64,000 nt of DNA. Origin: Eledone cirrhosa (Eukaryota). This document shows positions 53,868-64,000 of the stretch, one piece after another (within the stretch, counting starts at the first letter, position 1; the number at the start of each line of letters is the position of its first letter). The stretch is taken from assembly GCA_964016885.1 (NCBI GenBank), contig OZ024743.1, forward strand, positions 124,868,001 to 124,932,000, in the 5' to 3' direction. Under the pieces are notes generated by a model, which ran no database searches, was not told the DNA's origin, and saw nothing but the letters and a program-made list of their open reading frames with translations. Both the position numbers and the translations under genes were made by a program.

Positions 53868-54240
53868 ATAATAAGGGCGCTGCGGAGTTGCAAATGGGTT
53901 ACATATGAAAAAAGTTTGTCCTTCATCAGTGATCTTCCAACCATCATAGGCATTTCATCGCTTTAAAGACCATATACCTCCGGTTGGTGCGAGCAACGGC
54001 TAAAAAAAGTCGTTGGGACACGTAAGGGTAAACAAACAAAATGGTGAAGCAACAGAAAGTGAGGAAGAAAGAGATTGCTTCACCATTTTGTTTGTTTACC
54101 CTCGCGTCCCCTTTATTTACGTGTCCCAACGACTTTTTTTAGCCGTTGCTCGAACCAACCGGTGGTATATGGTCTTTAAAGCGATGAAATGCCTATGATG
54201 GTTGGAAGATCACTGATGAAGGACAAACTTTTTTCATATA
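53868..54240. repeat. Inverted pair (hairpin) of family C ends
   Basis: ~53903-54051 is the reverse complement of ~54075-54238 apart from a short indel; homologous to 48190-48380. Confidence 0.8.
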
Positions 54241-54477
54241 TATATATATACATATATATATACATATATATATATATACATATATATGTATATATACATA
54301 TAAATACGTACATATATATACACATATATATACATTTATATATACATATACATACATTTATATATACATATATTTATATATACATATACATACATATATA
54401 TATACACACATATACATATATATATATACATATATACACATATATATACATATACATATATATTTACATATATATAC

Positions 54478-55056
54478 GATAGCTGTATAACAAAGTGCAG
54501 GGCAATAAAGATAGACGGTAGTCACGGAATAGGCAGACCTAGAAAAACCTGGGACGAGCTGATAAACTCCGACATCACACACTTACACCTCTCCAAGACA
54601 ATGTCACTGGACCGAGACCTTTGGCGGTACTCAGTAACAGAGAAGACCCGCCTTACCTAAATATATAGTAAAACCTACTCCAGCCAGTAGGCATCTCTAA
54701 CAAAATACACCCCGTCCCACCACCACCACCCCCACCCCATCCACACCACCCCGTTCTATGTAAAGTTATGTTGGTGCCGCGCCATCGAGGCCGAAACAAA
54801 TGAGATCGTGTAGGTGTCACGACAAAAAAAACACACAGTCCACGCTGTAATGTGGCCGTGTAGGCAACACGGTAAAAACCTCCCAGACCCACACTGTAAA
54901 TGTGGTTGGTGTTAGGAAGGGCATCCAACTGTAGAAAACCTGCCAGACAGTCCTATGCGAGCAAGACAACCACTCTTGCCTCAAGTGGGACTACCCCCGT
55001 CCAAACCCATGCAAGCGTGGAACACGGACGTTAAACGTTGATGATGATGATGATGA

Positions 55057-55060
<4 letters not shown>
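54478..55060 (+). mobile_element. RTE 3' end
   Basis: See 53128-53679. Confidence 0.9.
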
Positions 55061-55118
<58 letters not shown>

Positions 55119-55121
55119 ATA

Positions 55122-55187
<66 letters not shown>

Positions 55188-55219
55188 TATATATAGATAT
55201 ATATATATGTGTATATATA

Positions 55220-55250
<31 letters not shown>

Positions 55251-55402
55251 CGTTATTCCGGGTTGAATCGGAGGTAACCACGGTAAGTAAGGTACTCAAT
55301 ACATAGCAGAGTATAAAACTTTTAATGAATGAAACAGATCCAGTCCTGTAGAATCTCTTCTATATATATATATATATATATAGATATATATATATGTGTA
55401 TA

Positions 55403-55493
<91 letters not shown>

Positions 55494-55586
55494 TTCTGCA
55501 TCATGCATTCTCATCTCGGGAACAATTTTGAATAGTGCCAGTTCGTAATTTGAACTCGGGAATTTTATATTCTCCGAGTGAAAAGA

Positions 55587-55673
55587 ACATTCTGACGAGA
55601 GTTTATCTTTGTAATGGAAGCCCGCAAGGACTATCCATTTATTTTTGAGACTCGAAACTGAATCGGTAAAGGT
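55587..55673 (+). ncRNA. Type I hammerhead ribozyme (copy 1)
   Basis: acatt CTGACGA gagttt...agactc GAAAC TGAATCG GTA / aaggt. Confidence 0.7.
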
Positions 55674-56073
55674 AACCATAGTAAGTAGAGTAAATTGTTT
55701 GAAATTTATTTTGAAACTTTTTCTTATTTGCTAAACCTTGATTATATATGTTCTGGCTCGTTAATTTATTAACCTGCCATTGAACCACTTTGGCATATGG
55801 TAGGATAATACATGTGTCCCTATTCGCTTTTTGCGTGTAGGGATATATACTTTATTATTATTAATCTCCCCCTGGTCGAGATGAAATTTGGTCGTTTTGA
55901 CTACTGCTATTTATAGTGGTAGTAGATTGACCTCCATGCTTCTGCCTTCTATCTTTGCACACAGCACTGGACAGAATTGCTTCCACATCATTCATTCTCA
56001 TCTCGGGAACAATTTTGAATAGCGCCAGTTCATAATTTGAACTCGGGAATTTTATATTCTCCGAGTGAAAAGA

Positions 56074-56161
56074 ACCTTCTGACGAGAGTTTATCTTCTCA
56101 ATGGAAGCCCGGCAAGGACTATCCATTTATTTTTGAAACTCGAAACTGATTCGGTAAAGGT
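56074..56161 (+). ncRNA. Type I hammerhead ribozyme (copy 2, fully paired)
   Basis: ACCTT CTGACGA GAGTTT [AATGGA..TCCATT inner helix] AAACTC GAAAC TG ATT CG GTA / AAGGT. Confidence 0.8.
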
Positions 56162-56233
56162 AAACATAATATTTGAAATTCTTTGAAATTTATTTTGAAA
56201 CTTTTTCTTATTTGCTAAACCTTGATTATATAC

Positions 56234-57197
56234 ATCATCATCATCATCATCATCATCATCAAGGTTTAGCGTCCGTGCTCCACGCTTGCATGGGTTTGGA
56301 CGGGGGTTTTCCCACTTGAGGCAAGAGTGGTTGTCTTGCTCGCATAGGACTGTCTGGCGGGTTTTCTACAGCTGGATGCCCTTCCTAACACCAACCACAT
56401 TTACAGTGTGGGGCTGGGAGGTTTTTACCGTGTTGCCTACACGGCCACATTTACAACGTGGACTGTGTGTTTTTTGTCGTGACACCTATACGATCTCAAT
56501 TGTTTCGGCCTGGATGTTGTGGCACCAACATAACTTTACATTGAAAGGGGCGGTGTGGATGGGGTGGGGGTGGTGGGACGGGGTTGTGTTTTGATAGAGA
56601 TGCCTACTGACTGTAGTAGGTTTTACTTTGTATTTAGGTAAGGCGGGTCTCCTCTATTACTGAGTACCGCCAAAGGTCTCGGTCCAGTGACATTGTCTTG
56701 GAGAGGTGTAAGTGTGTGAGGTCGGAATTTATCATGTCGTCCCAGGTTTTTCTGGGTCTGCCTACTCCGTGGCTACTGTCTATCTTTATTGCCCTGCACT
56801 TTGTTATACAGCTGTCGTCTTTCATGCGCATCACATGACCGTACCCTTCTCTCGAGTAAACAACATCTGATCCCTCTTATTTCTAAATTTTTCCTTAGTT
56901 CGTTTATGCTTAGCCGTTCACGTATATTACTATTGCACATCCAGCGGAGCATGCAAGCTTCGTTCCTCTCTAGTCTGCGTATATCCTCTGCACACAATGC
57001 CCAGGTCTCACTGCCATGCAGCATTGCTGTTCGTATGCAGGCATCGTATAACCTGCCTTTCATTTTTAGGGAGAACCCTTTAGCGGCTAATAGTGGTATA
57101 AGCTCTCTGAACTTTTTCCATCCAGTTCTGACTCTAGCTACTGTATATTCAGAGCACCCTCCCCCACTGCTGATTTTGTCACCCAGGTAACGGAACA
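56234..57197 (-). mobile_element. 5'-truncated RTE LINE
   Basis: [21 protein letters not shown]; 3' UTR; (CAT)n; 5' end in (TA)n. Confidence 0.9.
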
Positions 57198-57329
57198 TAT
57201 ATATATATATATATATATACATATATATATACATATACATATATATATATATACATATACATATACATATATATATATGTAAGTATGTATATACACGTAC
57301 ATACATATATGTATACAGACGTACAGTAG

Positions 57330-57375
<46 letters not shown>

Positions 57376-57540
57376 CATGCACACATATATTTATATACGT
57401 ATCGGTTTACCGAAAATTTATTATAATGCTCGGTTTGTTTCTTTGTAAACAAACAGCCCGAATTACGCCGTACAGTGTTCAAGCAACCATCGTCGCCTTT
57501 TTATCGTTTTCGGTGCGCCCGACCGACTAACTCACTCGAT

Positions 57541-57548
57541 ATGCAAAT
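57541..57548 (+). promoter_or_regulatory. Octamer motif ATGCAAAT within the family A unit (also 6170-6177 minus, 6544-6551, 59703-59710)
   Basis: Exact match ~75 bp upstream of the HHR in all four unit copies; function not shown. Confidence 0.35.
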
Positions 57549-57623
57549 TAGGCTGCTCAGCTGTTAATATGCATAAGGAAAGTATATACTTTCAGATGTT
57601 CAATCATCTGGCAGAAAGGTATA

Positions 57624-57664
57624 CGATGCTGATGATAGCTAATAAGCTTGAAACTAGTACATCG
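57624..57664 (+). ncRNA. Minimal type I hammerhead ribozyme (intact core)
   Basis: CGATG CTGATGA tAGCTaataAGCTt GAAAC TA GTA / CATCG. Confidence 0.8.
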
Positions 57665-58152
57665 TTCCTGTGTCAGTGTTGAACAAAAGGGCGGCGATGG
57701 TTGCTTGAACACTGTACGGCGTAATTCGGTCTGTTTGTTTACAAAGAAACAAACCGAGCATTATAATAAATGTTCGGTAAACCGATACATACATATATAT
57801 ATGTGTGCATGTATGTATATATATACATACTACTGTACGTCTGTATACATATATGTATGTGCGTATACATACATACTTACATTTAAGTATCAGCCGTACT
57901 AAGAGTGAGAAATGAAATTTCGTTTTATTCTTTTCCATTTATATATATATCTGTTTTTTAACCTGATTAGTTCTTTCGTTACTTTGGTATTGCATGGTTG
58001 GGTTTTGCCTACCGCAATTTCCAATTTGTCAAGCTATTTAAGCGTATGTTATTACTCTAAGGACCTACACTTATTGTGCTGTGCTACTCATTCCTTATGT
58101 TATGTCGACTTTGCTTGGCTACAGCCAAAGCTTCGATTTTACTAAGCTTCCA

Positions 58153-58196
<44 letters not shown>

Positions 58197-58254
58197 AACC
58201 AGTAAGACCCCGACAGCTGAGCTCAAGCCGTTTCGACGGCTAATTCTGGACGGT

Positions 58255-58476
<222 letters not shown>

Positions 58477-58537
58477 TGTATGTATGTATGTATGTATGTA
58501 TGTATGTATGTATGTATGTATATATATATATATATAT

Positions 58538-58877
58538 GGAGGCACATGGCTTAGTGGTTAAAGCATTGGCTTTGCAATCGAAAGGTTGTGAGTTCAATTC
58601 TCAGACCGGGTGATGTGTTGTTTCCTTGAGCAAGACACTTTATTTCACATTGCTCCAGTTTACTCAGCTGTAGAAATGAGATGATAGGGACTGGGGTCCA
58701 TATCATTCCACTGCAAAGTGGTCATGGAGGTGCCACGGCAAAAAAGCACCCAGCACTCACTGTAAATGAGGTTGGTGTTAGGAAGGGCATCCAGCTGTAG
58801 AAATCAAGCCAGAATCAGTTCCCGTCCCACCCTTGCAAGCAGGGAAAAGCGGACGTAAAATGATGATGATGATGATA
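58538..58877 (+). mobile_element. Full-length CORE-type tRNA SINE
   Basis: Near-identical to 42641-42985. Confidence 0.9.
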
Positions 58878-58902
58878 CATATATACACATATATATATGT
58901 AT

Positions 58903-59078
58903 ATAACGAAGGAAATGTGGTAAGGAACCAGATGGACCATAACGCACCAAAGTACTCAATACTTAGGGTAGTAGAGTGGGTAATAGGAACGACTAGGACC
59001 CCGACGGCTGAGCTCAAGCCGTTTCGGCGACTAATTCTGAACTAAAAGCTCAGCCGTTGGGGTCCTACTCGTTCCGAT
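58903..59078. repeat. Small bipartite element with terminal inversion (cf. 30983-31105)
   Basis: AAGCTCAGCCGTTGGGGTCCTACTCGTTCC inverts GGAACGACTAGGACCCCGACGGCTGAGCT. Confidence 0.7.
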
Positions 59079-59083
59079 ATATG

Positions 59084-59116
<33 letters not shown>

Positions 59117-59165
59117 GTGTGTGTGTATATATATATATATGTATGTATATATATATATATGTATG

Positions 59166-59263
<98 letters not shown>

Positions 59264-59336
59264 TATACATACATATATATATATACATACATATATATAT
59301 ATACATACATATATATATATACATACATATATATAT

Positions 59337-59371
<35 letters not shown>

Positions 59372-59389
59372 CACTCATATATATATATA

Positions 59390-60090
59390 TAAGCATGTAT
59401 ACGTATATACATATATGTATACAGACGTACAGTAGTATGTATATATATACATACATGCACACATATATATATATATGTACGGCTAAATTCGGGTTGTTTG
59501 TTTACAAACAAACCGAACATTATAATAAATGTTCGATAAACCCATACGTACATATATATATGTGTGTATGTATATATATATGCATACTACTGTACGTCTG
59601 TATACATATATGTATGTACGTATACAGAGTGAGAAATGAAATTTCATTTCATTCTTTTCCATTTATCGTTTTCGGTACGCCCGGCCGACTAACTCACTCG
59701 ATATGCAAATTAGGCTGCTCAGCCGTTAATATGCATAAGGAAAGTATATACTTTCAAAAGTTCAATCATCTGACAGGAAGGTATATAATGCTAACGATAG
59801 CTAATAAGCTCGAAACTAGTTTATTGTTCCTGTGTCAGTGTTGAACAAAAAGGCGACGATGGTTGCCGAACACTGTACGGCTTAATACGGGCTGTTTGTT
59901 TACAAACAAACCGAACATTATAATAAATGTTCGGTAAACCCATACATACGTATATATATATGTGTGCATGTATGTATATATATACATACTACTGTATGTC
60001 TATATACATATATGTATGTACGTATACATGCTTATATTTAAGTATCAGCCGAACTAAGAGTGAGAAATTTCATTTCATTTCATTCTTTTC
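59390..60090. repeat. Retrozyme family A: short inverted partial + ~1.4 tandem units (HHR at 59786-59826 with CTAACGA mutation)
   Basis: GTACGGCT.AA..CGGG.TGTTTGTTTACAAAC recurs at ~59477 and ~59875. Confidence 0.85.
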
Positions 60091-60179
60091 TCTCTATATA
60101 TATATATACACACACACACATATATATATACACATATATATATATATACTCATATATATATATATATATATATATACTC

Positions 60180-60213
<34 letters not shown>

Positions 60214-60499
60214 TACACACATATATATATACACATTACACACATATATATACATATATATATATACATATATATACACATTCCACACATATATATATAC
60301 ACATTACACACATATATATACATATATATATATACATATATATATATACATATACATATATATATATACATATATATATATATACATATATATATACATA
60401 TATATATATATACATATATATATACATATATATATATATACATATATATATACACATATATATATATATATACACATATATATATATATATATATACAC

Positions 60500-60530
<31 letters not shown>

Positions 60531-60655
60531 TATATATATACATATATATATATACACATATATATATACACATATATATATACATATATATATATACACA
60601 TATATATATACATATATATATATACACATATATATATACATATATATATATACAC

Positions 60656-60702
<47 letters not shown>

Positions 60703-60749
60703 TATATACATATATATATATACACATATATATATACATATATATATAC

Positions 60750-60821
<72 letters not shown>

Positions 60822-60825
<4 letters not shown>

Positions 60826-61020
60826 ACACAGTAAAAACCTCCCAGACCCACACTGTAAATGTGGTTGGTGTTAGGAAGGGCATCCAACTGTAGAAAACCT
60901 GCCAGACAGTCCTATGCGAGCAAGAATATCACTCTTGCCTCAAGTGGGACTACCCCCGTCCAAACCCATGCAAGCGTGGAACACGGACGTTAAACGTTGA
61001 TGATGATGATGATGATGATA
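60822..61020 (+). mobile_element. RTE 3' UTR end
   Basis: Matches 53482-53679. Confidence 0.85.
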
Positions 61021-61223
61021 CATATATATATATATATACATACACAGTTCAAGAGTAACCAATCTTAAAGAGGGAGATTGAGATAGTAGAGGAGATATGA
61101 GAGGAAAGATTGGTGAGTTAGTTAGAAGCCAAAGCGTAAAGGCATGTGCTCAATGTGCAATATGCAGTAGAAAGCAGCTAGGTGGCTGGGTTCATGCAGA
61201 GGTTAGGTGTGCAGAGCTGGAAA

Positions 61224-62128
61224 TATTCATTAGTTAAGCAAAACAAGACCACAAATTTCACAAGGAAGACATTATTAAAAGATTGTCAACATATTTAGTT
61301 TGATGCAAAGAATGTAGAGAATAATAATAATAATAATATTAATAATAATATTGCCCGTTTACAATTGTTTCGCTACTCCATATAATATTTCTGGATCAGA
61401 TGACTATGTATCATAATTGATCTGGTTCAGTTGAAAATAATTAACTTAACTAATGAATATATATATACATATATATATACATATATATATACACATATAT
61501 ACACACACACATATATATATATACACATATAAAAAACAGAGTGGCTCATCGGAACTCAAAGGAATATAAATTAAAATAATGTTACATAATATAATGTTCC
61601 ATATATTAGTTTTTACTATGGTGCCTTTGTTTCATCAGCTGTCAGCCATAATCAAGCAGTACTCATCTGTCGAGGCTGCATTGTGTGAGATCTGCCTATG
61701 GTTACCCATAGGCAGATCTCACACAATGCAGCCTCGACAGATGAAGGCAGATCTCACAAAATGCAGCCTCGACAGATGAGTACTGCTTGATTATGGCTGA
61801 CAGCTGATGAAACAAAGGCACCATAGTAAAAACTAATATATGGAACATTATATTATGTAACATTATTTTAATTTATATTCCTTTGAGTTCCGATGAGCCA
61901 CTCTGTTTTTTTAAATATGTTAATTATTTTCAACTGAACCAGATCAATTATGATACATAGTCATCTGATCGAGAAATATTATACGGAGTAGCGAAACAAT
62001 TGTAAACGGGCAATATTATTATTATTATTATTCTCTACATTCCTTACATCAAACTAAATATGTTGACAATCTTTTAATAATGTCTTCCTTGTGAAATTTG
62101 TGGTCTTGTTTTGCTTAACTAATGAATA
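61224..62128. mobile_element. ~900-bp palindrome of two head-to-head PLE 3' ends (related to 38975-39370)
   Basis: Arms are reverse complements with apex TGCCTATGG-TTAC-CCATAGGCA at ~61693-61714; ATTCATTAGTTAAGCAAAACAAGACCACAAA matches 38975 onward. Confidence 0.85.
61887..62007 (+). ncRNA. Variant HHR (CCGAUGA core) with ~75-nt stem II loop
   Basis: gtt CCGATGA GCCACTCTGT ... ACGGAGTAGC GAAAC AATT GTA / aac. Confidence 0.55.
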
Positions 62129-62413
62129 TATATATACATATATATATACATATATATATACACATATATACACACACACATATATATATATACACATATA
62201 TATAGACATATATATACACATATACATACACATGTATATACACATATATATATATACTCATATACATATATATACATATATATATACACATACACATATA
62301 TATACATATATATATACACATACATATATACATACACATATACATATATACATACACATATACATATATACATACACATATACATATATATATATACACA
62401 TATACATATACAC

Positions 62414-62450
<37 letters not shown>

Positions 62451-62487
62451 TATATACACATATACATATACATATACATAGATGTAT

Positions 62488-63498
62488 ATCATCATCATCA
62501 TCATCATCATCGTTTAACGTCTATCTTCCATGCTAGCATGGGTTTAGACGGGAATTGTCCCACTTGAGGCAAGATTGGTCTTGTAACCATGTCTCGCTCA
62601 TATAGGACTGTCTGGCAAGTTTTCTATGGCTGGATGCTCTTCCTAACACCAACCACGTTTACAGTGTGGACTGGGAGTTTTTTACCGTTGTGACACCTAC
62701 ACGACCTCATTTATTTTGAATTGGATGTTGTGGTACCAACATAACTTTACAGAGAAAGGGTGGTCTTGGTGGGACTTGGGGGTGGAGTAGGGGTAGTGGG
62801 ATGGGGATGTATATTTGGTTAAGAGGTGCCTACTGACTGTAGGTTTTGCTTTGCACTTAGGCAAGGCGGGTCTTCTGCGTGGTGCCAAAGATCTCGATCC
62901 AGTGACATTGTCTTAGAGAGGTGTAAGTGTGTAAGGTTGGAATTTATCAAATCGTTCCAGGTGATTCTGGGTCTACCTACTCCGTAACTTCCATCAATTT
63001 TGATCGCCCTGCACTTTTTTATACAGCTGTTGTCTTTCATGCGCATCACATGACCATACCAATGTAGTCTTCTCTCGAGTAAACAGCATCTGATCCCTCT
63101 TATTCCTAATTTCTCACTTAGTTCATTTATGCTTTGCCGTTCACGTATACTACTATTACACATCCAACGGAGCATGGATGCTTCGTTCCTTTCCAGTCTG
63201 CACAGGTCCTCTGCACGCAATGCCCATGTCTCACTGCCATGTAGCATTGCTGTTCGTATACAGGCATCATACAATCTGCCTTTCATTTTTAGAGAGAAAC
63301 CTTTTGTGGCCAATAGTAGTATAAGCTCTCTGAACTTCTTCCATCCCGTTCTGACTCTGGCTACTGTACTTTCAGAGCACCCTCCACCACTGCTGATTTT
63401 GTCACCCAGGTAATGGAAAGTGTTCACTATTTCTATAGAACCTTCTGGTCAATAGAAGGAGCTAGTATCCTGTAGGCACTTGCAACTTATTGCACCTG
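62488..63498 (-). mobile_element. 5'-truncated RTE LINE
   Basis: ORF 62819-63427 FHYLGDK..LHGSETW..LHWYGHV; 3' UTR; (CAT)n. Confidence 0.9.
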
Positions 63499-63521
63499 TA
63501 TATATATACATATATATGTAC

Positions 63522-63868
63522 ATCATCATCATTCATCATCATTTCATTTTACGTCCACTTTTCCCTGCTTGCAAGGGTGGGACGGGAACTGATTCTGGCT
63601 TGATTTCTACAGCTGGATGCCCTTCCTAACACCAACCTCATTTACAGTGAGTACTGGGTGCTTCTTTGCCGTGGCACCTCCACGACCACTTTGCAGTGGA
63701 ATGATAGGGACCCCAGTCCCTATCATCTCATTTCTACAACTGAGTAAACTGGAGCAATGTGAAATAAAGTGTCTTGCTCAAGGAAACAACACATCACCCG
63801 GTCTGAGAATTGAACTCACTACCTTTCGATTGCAAGGCCAATACTCTAACCACTAAGCTATGTGCCTA
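63522..63868 (-). mobile_element. Full-length CORE-type tRNA SINE
   Basis: Reverse complement of 42641-42985. Confidence 0.9.
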
Positions 63869-64000
63869 CATATATATATATATATATACATATATAAATA
63901 TATATACACATATATATATATACACATATATATATATATACACATATATAAATATACACATATATATATATATATATACACATATATAAATATACACATA

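Larger units (their letters stand above)
55493..56232 (+). repeat. Retrozyme-like family B: ~1.5 tandem 487-bp units, one HHR per unit
   Basis: CATTCTCATCTCGGGAAC...CCTTGATTATATA repeated; CTGACGA at 55592 and 56079. Confidence 0.8.
57278..57942. repeat. Retrozyme family A: inverted partial (57278-57500) + one full unit (57500-57942)
   Basis: Homology to 5786-6860, with different permutation start points. Confidence 0.85.

Noticed and set aside
59927-60893. Long YI/YT/HI-repeat ORFs (here and at ~30.1-31.2, 47.4-48.0, 51.2-53.2, 59.0-59.8 and 62.1-62.6 kb)
   Set aside because: Translations of stop-free (TA)/(CA) microsatellites, not genes
61660-61790. Protelomerase or hairpin-telomere site, or CRISPR-like repeat
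   Set aside because: Eukaryotic context, no regularly spaced repeats, and the arms are homologous to the PLE 3' end at 38975-39370

Overview
AT-rich eukaryotic non-genic DNA, most likely from an octopod cephalopod. This is inferred from the SINE families, the (TA)n/(GAT)n load and a lophotrochozoan-type 28S rRNA fragment. No host protein-coding gene can be supported; almost all listed ORFs are microsatellite translations or antisense shadows of transposons. Bases 1-26.8 kb hold older SINEs, a Helitron end and RTE LINEs, including one near-full-length copy. From ~26.8 kb the window is a dense nest of RTE LINE fragments, Penelope-like elements (PLEs, RT plus GIY-YIG), CORE-type SINEs and small non-coding elements, nearly all bounded by (TA)n tracts. 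The main result is a set of type I hammerhead-ribozyme (HHR) motifs read by eye. They occur in (i) a 430-bp circularly permuted tandem unit at three loci plus a diverged relative whose HHR stems covary, (ii) a second, 487-bp tandem unit, and (iii) PLE 3' ends, where stem II is unusually enlarged and the core varies. The 430-bp units insert with the same inverted 5' partial copy as the autonomous PLEs. This points to a system of PLE-mobilised, self-cleaving, probably circRNA-forming retrozymes that targets (TA)n. Other notable items are a PHD finger inside the RTE reverse transcriptase, an antisense 28S rRNA/RTE-tail chimera and a SINE-LINE 3' partner pair. All structures and boundaries were assessed manually; nothing was folded or searched computationally.
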